DNA of 64,000 bases. Source: Chiloscyllium plagiosum (taxonomy: Eukaryota). Under the pieces are notes generated by a model. That model was not told where the DNA came from and searched no databases. It worked only from the letters and a program-made list of their open reading frames with translations. The position numbers were made by a program, and so were the translations under genes. The stretch is taken from positions 3,081,824-3,145,823 of the forward strand of contig NC_057756.1 in NCBI RefSeq assembly GCF_004010195.1, written 5' to 3'. Of this stretch, positions 1-11,829 are shown in pieces; position 1 is the first letter of the stretch, and every line of letters starts with the position of its first letter.

Positions 1-303
1 GGTGCGGGGTTGTGGGACTATGAGGTTGGAGGCGGTGGATGGGAGATCCCCCGAGGTGATGAGGTTATGGACGGTCTGGGAGATGATGGTTTGGTGGTGG
101 GGGGTGGGGTAATGGTCAAGGGGGCAGTAGGAGGAGGTATCTACGAGCTGGCGTTTGGCCTCAGCGGTGTAGAGTTTGGTGCGCCAAACTACTACCGCGC
201 CTTTCCTCATTCCTGAAGAAGGGCTTATGCCCGAAACGTCGATTCTCCTGTTCCCTGGATGCTGCCTGACCTGCTGCGTTTTTCCAGCAACACATTTTCA
301 GCT
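1..303. mobile_element. Penelope-like element fragment (internal piece on - strand joined to + strand terminal repeat with hammerhead motif)
   Basis: 1-205 resembles, in reverse, the internal region of the PLE at 38.4-38.7 kb. 208-303 is the terminal-repeat sequence also seen at 10765-10859, containing CTGAAGA-GGGC(TTAT)GCCC-GAAACGTC. Confidence 0.7.
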
Positions 304-304
304 C

Positions 305-2310
305 CATCTTTTTAGGAACGAGCTCAAGAAACTCAATAGGATTTGTGAGGCATGGCATACCCTTCACAAAACCGTGTTGTTTATCCCTAATCAACTAATT
401 CCTCTCGAGGTGATTGTGAAGCATATCTCTTACAAATGTTTTGAATAATCTACTCAACAACCAAAGTAAAGTTCACTGGTCTATGATTACCAGATTTGTC
501 TTCACATCCGATCTTAAACAAGGGGTTATGTATTTGCTCTCCTCCAGTCTTCTGGCGCTATTTCTGTAGACAATGTCTACAAAAGCCTTTACAATCTCGT
601 CGCTAGCTTCCAAAAGAATCCCAGGATAAATCCTATCCGGCCCAGGGGACTTATCTATTTATACACTTTACAGAAGTGCTAACTGCTCCTCCTAATGAAC
701 CTCGATCCCATCTTGTCTGTAGCCTGCATCTCCGTTTTCTACTAGGCAACATTGTCTTTTCTTTCCAGTGTGAACACTGATGAAAAATATTCATTTAGCA
801 CTTCCACTATTAATTTGACTCCACGCACAACTTTCCACTGCGTTCCTTGATTGGCCCTACACGTTCTCTAGTCATTTTTCTTAAATTCTTATTATACAAA
901 CAGAAAGCGTTCGGGTTTTTCCTTGATAATACCTGCCAACAATGCCGCCTGTCCCCTCGTAGCTCTTCTTAGCTCACTCTTTCCTGGCAAACGTAACTTT
1001 CAAACGTCGTAACTGAGCCTGCACGTCTCACCCTAACACACGCCTTCTTCTTCCACTTGACAAGCGATTCAACTTCTTTCGAAAAGCTCCCTCGCTTGGT
1101 CAGTTCCTCCCTGCCTGGCAGGTGCATACTTATCAAGAAGACATAGTAGCTGTTCTTTAATTGAGCACCACATTTCGATTGCGTCCATCTCCTGCTGTTT
1201 GCTTCCCAATCATATGTATCCTAAACTTTACCTAATTGCATCTTAATTACCTTTTCTGCTGCAATAACTCTTGCCCTGTGTTATGTGCCAATCCTTTTCC
1301 ATCGCTAAAATAAACATAACCGAATTATGGTCACTATCATCAGAGTGCGAACGTACCTCAAAATCTTATTCCTAATCAGATTCATTACTCAGTACCAAAT
1401 CCAATATTGCCTCGCCTCGTGTTGGTTTGTCTACTATGTCAGGAAACCATTCTGAACACAGTGAACAAAAGCTGACCCATCTGAAGTGCTTGACGTATAG
1501 CATTTCCAGTCAGTATTTCTGAATTTCAAGTCCCTCATAACAACTATTCGTTTATTATTGCTCTTATCCAGAATTATCTTTGCTATCTTTTCCTCTACCT
1601 CTCTGGATCTATTTGGAGGCCTATAGAAATCCTTCAACAAGGTAACCTCTCCTTTCCTGTTTCTAAACGCACCTAATCCTATCTCAGTAGACAAGTCCTC
1701 ATACGTCCTTTCAACTAAAATAATACTGCCCTTGAATAACATTGCCACACATACTCGGTTCTTAATGAGAATCTAAATCCCAGAACCTGCAACAACCATG
1801 CTGGTTACTGGCCTCCTCTTGATCCCCTCTCATTAAATAAAAAATAAAGCAAGTTTCCAATCTCACTCGAAATCTCATGTGATGAAACTTTGCTAATTAT
1901 TCTAAAATGCAGGACCTTGTTGAAGACGTTACTGAGGTCCAAGTAAACAGTGTATTCTGCTCTGCCCTCATCAATGTTTTTGTAACTTGCCAATAAAAAA
2001 GATCTCAGTCAAATATGTGAGACATGACTTTAGCTTGCACAGACCATGCTAACTATCCAAAACAATTGTTTGCCTCTTTAAATGTTCAGAACTCCTAGCT
2101 TTTAAAATCACCAACAACAATTTACTCACAACCGAAGCAAGATTCACAGGTCCACCCTTCCCTCGTATCCCCTCGCAGAAATTCCTAAACACGTGGACAA
2201 CACAAGCCAACCTCTAGACGTCAGAACCCTCATCCATAGAACAGATAATGCAAATATTTCTGCCCTTTGCACAACTTCAGGAATATAGTAGTTCAGCTGC
2301 AAATAATTTA
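305..2310 (-). mobile_element. CR1-type LINE ORF2 fragments (degenerate)
   Basis: Minus-strand translations QHGFVKGMPCLTNPIEF, FYRPPNRSREVEEKI...VVMRDL (endonuclease) and VYLDLSNVFNKVLH (RT) match CR1 ORF2. Confidence 0.85.
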
Positions 2311-2339
2311 TCCAGCTTTATATTGTATAAGACTGGAAA

Positions 2340-3790
2340 GGCGAAAATTATAGGAATTTATAAAATGATGAAGGTTATAGAAAGAATTATTGTCTCTTCA
2401 CTCGAATAGAGGATTTCATGACTGTGGGCACATTTTGAGGTGAGAGAAGAGAAGATTTTTTAAAATGAAATGAGTGACATTGTTTAACATAGAATTTGTT
2501 TACTATGTGAAACGAACTTCCCAAGGAAAAGGCCGTACATTTACAGCGCTTAAGAAAACATTTGGATCTATAACTACACGAATATAAAAGATTTGGAGGG
2601 TTTTGGGAAAGGAGCAAGAGGTAGCATTGATTACTTTACTTTCGGATTATGGACCGTTTGGACGGTTTGGACTGAAGTGTCTGTTCCCTTGCTGTATGAC
2701 TCTCTACCAGTAAAAAATCAGAAGTTGAGGTGCCTTTTGAAATTTGAACAATGATCCACATTCTTCGCGATTTGTCACATATTGGCACAGTTCAAATTAT
2801 TTCTGATGTACAGTATCCAGCCTTGGGCTGACATTCGTGATACAAAATATCCGTCTCTAACCATACCCAATGATACATAATCTAATCACCACCCCTTGTC
2901 ATTCAGTGGCGTTACTATCGTTGTTTGGCCAACTATCACCATTCTGAGTGCTATCATTGATCAGAATCAAAGCTGCACTTATCATTTGAACACAATGGCT
3001 CCAAGAGCAGTTCCAAGTCGGGAATACTGCGGACTGTAACTCCTCTCCGAACTCCAGAAAAGACTAAGCAAAAGTCAGGTGTTTGATGTTTTACTATCCA
3101 TTTGCCTGGATGAGTGAAGGCTCAACAATCCTCAGAATACTTGCCTCTGTCTCTGACAAAGCACAGGCTTGATTGGCACTTCTCCCTCACGCATTCAGTC
3201 CCTCCACCACAGACGCTCAATTTCAGCAGTCTGGAGTATCTGTAGAGGTGTTTTCTGAACCCTCTGAACCGTCTTTAAATGTGTTCCAATTCCATTACAT
3301 CCTGCCTGAGATATGGTGCCCTCTGTCTTCTTTCAGCTAGCCTATTTCTGATCCACACTGCTAAATCACCATTATTTTCTCCCTCACGCATTCAGTCCCT
3401 CCACCACAGACGCTCAATTTCAGCAGTCTGGAGTATCTGTAGAGGTGTTACATAAATTATTCAATGATCCTCAGACACCACTTTCCAAAATCACGACCGA
3501 TTCACTCGACGAAGAAAATGGCAGCATACACACGGGTAGATAGGTTTCTTCAAGTTTCGCTCCATGCCACTCATCAGTCTGAATTGAAATATGGCATCAT
3601 ACCTTCGCTGTCACTTGGTAAAAATCATACACTTCCCTCCCAAAGGGATTAGTTGTTCAACCAATTTAAGGTGACAGCGGTGGATCAATAAGACATTCAC
3701 CACTACCTTCTCAAGGGCATCCAGGGATGAGCAATTAAGGCTGACCAGTCAGCGAAGTGCACATCGTACAGATGAATGAATAAATAAATG
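2340..3790 (+). mobile_element. CR1-type LINE 3' fragments (two families)
   Basis: 2340-2710 resembles the CR1 3' end at 63.0-63.3 kb. 2710-3790 encodes degenerate C-terminal motifs (IQPWAD, IQSLHHRRS). Confidence 0.65.
3180..3449 (+). repeat. 73-bp perfect direct duplication flanking a templated patchwork insert
   Basis: 3180-3252 = 3377-3449. Insert piece 3249-3265 = 6073-6089 and piece 3265-3321 = 9504-9560. Confidence 0.9.
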
Positions 3791-5600
3791 CTAACGCTGT
3801 TCAGTGACTGTTTCCATTTCAGTAACTTTCACATCCACAAGGAAATGAAATATTCCTTTCTGCGGCCATATGCCGATATTTTTAAAAAATCCTGAATACT
3901 TGTGGATGGCGTCTGGTAGTAAGGGTATTGCCGTCATTAGATTAACGAGCACTATTTTGACAGAGACATGAAACTCTGCCGTTGCTTTGCTGCTCTGTCC
4001 ATGATCTACCTGTTTCATTTTCACATGGAGCGTCAGCCCAAATTTATAGTGATACTTTCGGGCAACATCCACTCAAGATGGGATTCCTGATCTTAAATAA
4101 AATCAGTTTGTACAATATCTACCTTAGTTTCTTGAGGTGTGCATTTGCCAGCTGATACATGTTTCTCAGAAGTAAGTTAGTTTCAGTGAATTATCCCTAC
4201 CTAAATCCTAGCGGAGACTATAACACCACCTTGTTTTGCTTTATATTCAAAATTCTACATTCTCTGTCGTGAATACTTGTATTGATGTTTGCTGCTCGTG
4301 CAGGAGCAGACAAAACAACGGCCTCCATGGGAACATCCACAGCAGTTTCAGCAAGCTTGTGTTGTAAGGGCTCACATTCGAATACTGCATAAGTTTCAGT
4401 GTAACAGCGTAAATTGGGCACAACAGGGCGATTGAATTATCCTACCTTATCAAATATCTAAAACTCTCTGCTCATTTCTTTAGTCATCGAGGCTTGAGGT
4501 TCATTTTCCCCACTCTTCATTGTTGATTACATTTTCTGTGTGGACCTGGAGCATTCCCAGGGAAGGAACAGATTGGCCCGTCCCTAAGATTTTAGAGGCA
4601 TTCATTTCCTCACCTGATGCTGAAGGTGATTAGTCAAAGAATTGCATGTTTTTGCCTCCTGCTTCTTCTGATATGCCTGCTAACAGTGTGTTTTCGATGT
4701 TAATAATATTATTAGTGCTGTTGACGGAGATAATGCGTCCTGATCCTGATCTAATTAACCATAGTGGAGGGGTGAGCAATATAGATCACCTGCAGCAATC
4801 CGCAAGGTATATATTGTTGTCATCCCACGGGAATACAAACTGGACTGGCTCATGATCTGCCAGGGCGATGAAAAAAAAGCGATTAGCCAAACGGTTGTCC
4901 AAACACAACTCATCACTTCACCCAATTTCTACTTGAAAGTTAAAATATATTTGACAGCTGACATCATCGGTGATACATTAGTATTTAGGTCTCGGTAATA
5001 ATCTGCCAGCCTACTGCTCCCGCCTGGCTTGTTTACTGGCCACACATTCGTATTATATGAGAGACATTAAAACTCTGCTGCCAATAGCGATTAAATCATC
5101 TCTTAAATATGATTCTGTTATCGAGATATCAGAAACTGTTTACCGTTAATTCGTCAGTGGAAGGTTGTTTTTTGGCAATGGAATAAGATACCGCACTTTA
5201 GCAACTCCAACTGGGACAGATCGTACATGATTACAAAACTGAACAATTGATGGATGTATTTGAACGCAATCCCACCAGCCCGCCTCAGAACATGCATTTC
5301 CACTGAATTGTATATGTGCATATTAACAGAGATAAAATCCGTGATGGCCCGTTCTACTTGGCAACAAAACCAGCGTTTGCCCCACGGATGATTCCGTTTT
5401 AACAAAACTGTGTAGCATTCCTCGACTTAATTTACTTCTGCAGGGCTTTCTGAAGGACGTTAATCTCAAGCTACATATTAACAATGTGCTGAGCTTACTT
5501 CTTATTAAAATTTCCCTAATCAGTCGAAATAGTCCTCCATCACCATTTCTTAGGCACGAGTCAGGATCCTGGCCAGGCCACCAATCTAGAGATTACCCAG
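3791..5600 (-). mobile_element. Class III (ERV-L/spuma-like) endogenous retrovirus pol relic (PR end, RT, tether, RNase H start)
   Basis: Frameshifted minus-strand peptides in order: VRSVPVGVAK, KQFLI, SYNTNVWPVNKPGGSSRLADYYRDLN, LANRFFFIALADHEPVQFVFPW, GEEMNASKILGTGQSVPSLG, VFECEPLQHK, TSEKHVSA, K*NR*IMDRA. These are collinear with ERV-L pol ([74 protein letters not shown]; recalled). Confidence 0.85.
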
Positions 5601-5609
5601 TCTTCATGT

Positions 5610-6750
5610 AGAGTCAGAGTGACATAGATTCATTTAGCATGGCAACAATCTTTTCTGTTCAACTAGTCCATGTCGACCATGTTACTAATTAAACAATTTC
5701 CACTAGCCTGCGCTTATCCCTTCAAAATTTTATATTCATGCAGTACTCTAAATGTTTTTGAAACGTTGTAACTGTATATGCATTCCGCATTCCCTCTTGA
5801 TGTTCATTCCAAACACAAAACACTTTTGATGTTGAAAAGCATGGCATCAATGCCTTTTTTAAAAGAATCTCCATTCATTTTAAAATACGTCCACTACATT
5901 TCCACACAGCAACACTGGAGGAAACTCCCTTGTTAACCATCTTATCTTTGCACCTCATGTTTTTGTAAATCTTTATAAAGTCACGTTGTTACCTTCCAAG
6001 TTTGCAATGATAAAGGTCCCAGTCTACCTTATATAATTGAAACCATCCATGGCCGGCAACGTTGCGAGAAAATGTTTTCTGAACCCTCTCAAATTTAACA
6101 TAGCTTTACAAAATACAGTGACGACAATTGCACACTGTACTCCAAGAGGGGACATGGAACATATGACATTAAAAAAATGAGTGCAGTAGAGGCCATTTGG
6201 CCCTCGATGTTTAACCAACCTGTGAAACCCATCTGAAGCCCATCCAGCGAATAGTATTGGCTGATGAGATGCATCACAAAAGCCCTGTATAAGTTCAGTA
6301 TGACTCACATCAGTCCCAACTCACATGCTGAAATATCTGTGCAATGAAGGCACGAGTACTCATCACCTTCTGAATCATTCTGTCTATCTGTGACATAAAT
6401 GTCAAGAATCATTTGCCTGATTCCTCGGTCTCTCTGCTCTTCAACACCACCCAGAATCCTCCCATTTGTTTGTTTTACCAAAATGCAATGCCTCGTATTT
6501 ATCCAAATTATACACTATCTGCCACCTATTGATGAAGATATGTTTGGAAACTAAGCTAATTTTCTTCACTGTTCATTGCACCAAAAACTTTAGTGTCGTC
6601 TATAGACTACTAAGCATACTTTTCTATTCTCATCGTTTTTATCCAAATTTCAAACAAAAGTGGGTCACTATGGAAATCCGGCTGGTCATTTGCCTCCAGT
6701 CCGAAAATCAAATCTCCACCATTATCCTGTGTCACCTATCGTCAATCAGA
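5610..6750 (-). mobile_element. CR1-type LINE fragments (nested)
   Basis: Reverse-orientation CR1 3' end and RT-region sequence similar to the other CR1 copies in the window. Confidence 0.75.
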
Positions 6751-6789
6751 ATGAAGTTTTTCATGAGGTTAAGAAAAGCAATGAGTACA

Positions 6790-7135
6790 CCAATGGAGAA
6801 CTTGATAGGTATCTAGTTGCTCAAATATGAAATTTTGATAACTGATTAAACGAAGGGGCATTGGCAACAGGCTGCAAAACACACTCAGTCTGAGAGAGAC
6901 GACACTTTGTCAGAATTGCAGGAGTTGGGAATTTTAGAGTAGATCTCGGAGAATGGTGGCTATATTAGGGAATTATGTAACCCGTCTATGCGATTCCAAA
7001 ATGTCCAGTTACTCTTAAACTGCAAAGAAGCAACAAATCATGGGAGCTCGCGAATCTAAAGGGGAATAATGTTTTGCTTTGGGACATAAGCCCAGGAACA
7101 TTTTCGAAATGGATAAACATGAATTAAAATTGACG
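6790..7135 (+). mobile_element. Inverted, diverged copy of an ERV gag segment
   Basis: Reverse-complement homolog of ~8150-8470 (KGHWQQAAKHT...TLSELQELGIL vs KAHWQQAAQHTLSELQELGIL), with a ~21-bp insertion. Confidence 0.8.
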
Positions 7136-7444
7136 TTTAAATTGTAACATTTGCTTAAATGAATTGTTGCAGGTACAGACAGTGAGAAATATAGAAATGC
7201 AAATTTAGGTCAAACACGTCATTTGTAGACAAAACAGAAAGCTATCAGGTAAACTGGTAGCAGACGTACAAAACAGTCATCCAGGCCGGTGTGCTTCTTC
7301 CTGCTGGTATGTTGTGGATTTAAGTTTGGATGTCAATATGGTCGAATGCACAGTAGCCAGGGAATCTCTGCTTACTCTATATTTTTTTTCTGCGAGGCAG
7401 CATTTAAATCAGAATTTGGTGCTCACGCTATGAACTGAGACAAA

Positions 7445-7655
7445 AAAAAATGCACATGCCGGAATCCAAAATAGACAGGCAGGAGGAAGAAATGACACGG
7501 CAAGCCAGGCAGCATCGATATGTGTCGAAGTCGTTGTTTCGGGTATAACCCTTCTTCAGGCTAAGCCCTGAATCCTGAAGAACGTTTACATTCAAAAAGT
7601 CAACTTCTCCACCTCCTGAAGCTGTCTGAGTTGCTTTGTTTTCCAACCTTCTGCT
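7445..7655. mobile_element. Old, degenerate head-to-head pair of Penelope terminal repeats
   Basis: Imperfect inverted arms around cttcttcagg-(13 nt)-cctgaagaa. The - strand keeps CTGAAGA-GGGT(TAT)ACCC-GAAA. Confidence 0.6.
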
Positions 7656-7659
7656 ACAC

Positions 7660-8880
7660 TCTGAGTGAGGCAGTTAACCCCTTCATTCCTTCTTGGGGAA
7701 CAATTCTACCTCTAGAGATATAACATGATATTTTCAGCATTTCCGTGTATTTCGGTTTTATTTATGACTGCTTTCAATAAATCAACAAACATCTTATTTG
7801 AGGTTACTTTCCAGTCTCGGTTTTTATCCTTTTTTTAAAAAAAGTGAAGTTTTATTTTGCGACTTTATCAGAATTATACTTGCATTGTTCATGAAATGTC
7901 CTTACTGCAGCACAATGTCAGATACTGATCTTTCAACGGCCGACACCAAGAGGGCAATGAGCGCTGGATCATTCCGCTGTACATATCCGACTCCGCTTTC
8001 CAGCCATAAATAAATTATGGCCATGTCACTGAAAAATTGCCATGTACTATCCTATTTGTGTGGACAATTCTTCTCATCAGCGAGTTTCTTCTGATCAAGC
8101 ACATTACAGGGCAATGTCGTCCACAAAATCTGTGGCATTGAAATTGTTACTTTTTAATCGATGTTTATCAGTTTAGAACGCATTCCTGGGCTTATGGTCC
8201 AAAACAAAGCATTATTCACATTTAGATCTATTAGCTCCCATGAATCAATGTTCCTTTGCAGTTTCGGACAAAAAATTGGGCGTTCTGCAATCTCCGAGAC
8301 CGGTTAAATAGTTCCATAATATCTCCCATACTCTCTGAAGAAAATAAGATTCCCAACTCCTGTAATTCTGACAAAGTGTGTTGCGCAGCCTGTTGCCAAT
8401 GCGCCTTTGCTTCATCAATTAGAAATATTTGATGTTTGGGCAATGAGATCCCGACAGTGTTGTTCATTCTTCTAATCAAATCCGGAATCCCGTTGAACAT
8501 GCAGTGTCCCCAGAGCATCTATTTCCATTCAATCTGGTGAAGATAACAAAGAATACATTTCCAGTGGACTGAGTTTCCAATTTTTTCAAATTGCACGCTT
8601 CTGTTGCTGGACAATGGCCAACATTCACATTATATCAGTTAGCAGTTCTTTGGCTTTGACCGCCTTTGCCGGCAAGCCTGATTTGGCTACACATCGGAAA
8701 ACTTCTGCTGTTCATTTTAAGATAGAGCACCTGTCGTTTTCCTGTTCACCTGTTTAATTTATTGCATATTCTGGGAATACATGCAGAGATAGATCAAGAG
8801 AATCCAACACATTTGGCTACTACCTTTGCTCTGCTTTGCTAATTCGGTATCTCAGACTTAAACCCCATATCCAAAATGAC
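7660..8880 (-). mobile_element. Class III ERV gag relic
   Basis: HWQQAAQHTLSELQELGIL, ISPGMRSKLI and VTSNKMFVDLLKAVINKTEIHGNAENIMLYL*R resemble class III gag motifs (W..EEGIQRLREIGML; VTRxQMWxDLxxAGVPxEKIDGQP..LL.LW; recalled). It lies upstream of, and on the same strand as, the pol relic. Confidence 0.7.
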
Positions 8881-8929
8881 CGAACACGTGCTAAGCCAAG
8901 GGGTTGACTGGCACCCCACGCCCATCATG

Positions 8930-10570
8930 GGAAAACGATTAGAAAAGAATGGAATATTTCCTCCACCGCAAGAATTTTTCAATATTTTGCTTCGAATTTA
9001 TTTACAATGCCAAATGTTGTTTTGGATTTAAACGCCTTATATATTTTTTGAAAAAATCTTTCTTATAGTAGCACAAGTTATGCCATTCAGCCCATCGAGT
9101 CTACTCTGCCATTCAGTCATGACTGATCATTTTCTCAACTGCATTCTCACGCTTTCTCCCCTTAACCTTTGATACCCATGATACACAATGATCTTCCGCT
9201 ATCAGTATTAAATATAATCAATTACCTGGCATCCACAGACTTCAGTGACAATGAATTCCATAAAATTAATCAGTCTTTGGCTGAAAAAAGCTTCTCGTCA
9301 TCTCCATTCTAAATGTTCTTCCATTTACTTTGAGGCTGCGATCTCGGGTGCTAATCCCTTCCACCAATGGAAACATCTACTCTCTCCAGACCACTGAGTA
9401 TTTAGTTTGTTTCAACTAGATCACCCTTGTGCATCTAAATTCCAATAATTATAAACACAGAAGCCTTAAAAGGTTAAGTTTTTCATTCTTGGCACCATTT
9501 TCGTGAACCGTCTTTAAATGTGTTCCAATTCCATTACATCCTGCCTGAGATATGGTGCCCAAACCTGGTCACAGTTCTTCAATAGTGCTCTGACCAGAGC
9601 CTTATAGAGCCTCAGATTTACGTTCCTATTTATATTCAAGTCCTCTCGAAATAACTGTCATGATTGCATTTGTCTTCCGAACTACTGACTAAACCTACAA
9701 ATTTGCGTTAAGAGAATCCTGGACTAGAACTCCCAAGCCTCTTTGTACTTCAGCCAACTGAATTTTCTCCCCATTTTGTTATGGTACCTGACACTAATCT
9801 TCCTTCCAAAGTACATGGCTTCACAATTTCTAACGTTGATTTTCATCTGAAAATCCTTTGCCCACACTCCTAACTTGATCAAATCATTGTGCAGTTCCCC
9901 AAATCCTGAATGCTACACATCCTTCTACCTATTTTTCAATCAGCTGCAAACATAGCCAGAATGTCCTCAGATCTGCCATCTCGGTCGTTTTGGTCTGGTA
10001 AAAATACATACAAGAAGACACGTGTTTTCCAGGACAACCTAAGTGTATTGTCTTCAATTACATTAGTCACATTAAAAATGTGTATGAGTCTAATAAAGTG
10101 ATTAGCAAATACATATATAAATGGGTGACTCTCACATGACTTGGCAAAATAGGGATGCCTTGCAATATCTGATAGTTCGTGCTCATTGATAACTTCAGCG
10201 TCAGTGAGAAGACCAAAGATCTGTAAATAGTACTGTAACCAAGAATACATCTGGGCATGGAAGGGAATTTTTGCTGGTAAACAGCCTGTTTCAGAGATTT
10301 TGGCTAAGACCATCTTCAAGCAAAATAATGCCTGTTTCCACCTGAGTTTCCCCACCTCAGCGAAACTTTATTTACACGCTCAATTAACACTGAATAAACT
10401 AGTCTGGTGATGCAAGATTTAATATAATACACTAAGTAACATGTATATTGGTGTGTTTTTTTGATTCACGAAAGTCTGAGGCACCGCTGCAATTTTAGGC
10501 GACCTATGTTTTGAAATAGACTATTAAGGACTGGTATGGTCATTCGGTCATTTTGTTTTCTCTGCAAATA
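8930..10570 (+). pseudogene. ALS2-like RCC1-domain exon, split by a CR1 at 9060-9970
   Basis: NGIFPPPQE / CFGFKR, then WSG..VFQDNL..ITLVT..TYING..LAISDSSCSLI..QEYIWAWKG..VSEILAKTIFKQ..FH, vs ALS2 AGSFP..LGVKH..WRSG..ILENAL..ITVAT..VSIADSEAS..REIWAWGTG..VEHLAGRVVLQ..FH. Donor gtaaga at 10571. Confidence 0.75.
9060..9970 (-). mobile_element. CR1-type LINE 3' portion inserted into the ALS2-like exon
   Basis: Reverse CR1 tail (gccattcagcccatcgagtc...) through RT end (MFAAD). Confidence 0.8.
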
Positions 10571-10636
10571 GTAAGAATTCAAACCCGACGTGAGCGTTCA
10601 AACTTTTGATCTGATAAGTTTTCTTTTGCAAACCCA

Positions 10637-10859
10637 GGAGAAAGTGAGGTCTGCAGATGCTGGAGATCAAAGTTGAAACTTTATTGCTGGAACAGCACAG
10701 CAGGTCAGGCAGCATCCAGGGAACAGGAGATTCGACGTTTCGGGCACAGGCCCTTCTTCAGGATTCCTGAAGAAGGGCCTGTGCCCGAAACGTCGAATCT
10801 CCTGTTCCCTGGATGCTGCCTGACCTGCTGTGCTGTTCCAGCAATAAAGTTTCAACTTT
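10637..10859. mobile_element. Young palindromic Penelope-derived insertion with 14-bp TSD
   Basis: Perfect inverted arms 10669-10763 / 10765-10859 around a single T. The direct repeat CTTTTGCAAACCCA occurs at 10623-10636 and 10856-10869. Confidence 0.9.
10762..10799 (+). ncRNA. Minimal type I hammerhead ribozyme motif
   Basis: GATTC-CTGAAGA-A-GGGC(CTGT)GCCC-GAA-ACGT-C-GAATC: conserved core, stem II, palindromic ACGT stem III, GUC site and stem I GATTC/GAATC. Confidence 0.75.
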
Positions 10860-10973
10860 TGCAAACCCAAGCGAAGTTAAGTTTATAAATCTTATTCACA
10901 TAGCACGTTTTTCATCAAACAGGTTAAAATATATAAAACATGTATGCAAATTATTTTGTGTTTTCATTTCCAG

Positions 10974-11185
10974 AAAAAACACAGATTGAAAAGGACCACG
11001 GTAATATCAACTAATGATCATACATTCTTTTTCAAAAGTGTAGTGATGCAATGTTCTTCCTCTGGACCTTGGCATAATGCTATTTGGATTTATGTAACAA
11101 ATGAGTACGTTTATCTTTTCTGTTCGAAGGGAATAGTGTGCTCTTTCGCTTTGAATAGGTGCAAGGGGAGTTATTGTGTTTTTTA
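10974..11185 (+). pseudogene. ALS2-like exon (end of RCC1-like domain)
   Basis: Acceptor tttccag. NDHTFFF...VYLFCSKG...KGSY vs ALS2 RDYSLFL...VLLSCSKLG...KDSY. Coding resumes at ~11746-11830 (LILKFDILENV) and ~13540 after TE insertions. Confidence 0.7.
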
Positions 11186-11745
11186 TTTCTTCATTTTACT
11201 TGTTCATGGGATGTGGGCGTCGCTGGTTGTGCCTACATTTGTAATCCATTCTTTACAGCCCTGCGAAAATGATGGTGTGTTGCCCTATTGATCACCTGCA
11301 AAAAAACAAAGAACAAAGAACATTACAGGACAGGAAAAGGCTTTCCAGCCCTCCAAACCTGTGCTGATCCAAATCCTCTATCTCAACCTGTCAGCTATTT
11401 TATAAGGGTCTGTATCCATCTGCTCCTGCCACTTCATATATCTCTTTAAATACTAATGAAATGTCGATAAAAGTCCAGCCACGCCCACCTCCGCTGGCAA
11501 CGCATTCGAGGCATCCACCCCACCCCTACCATCATCTGCATGAAAAACTTTTCACGCATTTCTCCCTTTAAAAATTCTCCCTGTCATTTTGAACTTGTGA
11601 CTCCTTGTAAATGAGTCCCCCACTCTGGAGAAGATATCTTGCTACCTACACTGGCAATACCTGTCATGATTTTGTAAATCTCAATCAGGTCCCACCTCAA
11701 GCTTTCTAATGAAAATATTCCCAACCTACTCAGCATCTCTTCATC
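11185..11745. mobile_element. Short repeat plus CR1 3' end (- strand)
   Basis: aaagaacaaagaacattacaggacagg... reverse CR1 tail starting ~11305, preceded by an unclassified repeat fragment. Confidence 0.6.
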
Positions 11746-11829
11746 GACATGGGGAGCAACTCTACAAAGGGAATATTCGACAGCAGTCTGATTTTGAAAT
11801 TTGACATTTTGGAAAATGTTAATGAGGGC

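Noticed and set aside
9936..10355. 139-aa minus-strand ORF that looks like a novel protein or an ERV accessory gene
   Set aside because: It is the antisense shadow of the plus-strand ALS2-like RCC1 exon, and its end runs into a CR1.
3791..10400. Endogenous RNA virus (borna/rhabdo-like) or Zisupton-type DNA transposon
   Set aside because: Frame-corrected translation gives retroviral RT and gag motifs plus ALS2 sequence instead.
10667..10888. Two near-identical ORFs on opposite strands
   Set aside because: A trivial consequence of the palindrome of non-coding Penelope terminal repeats.
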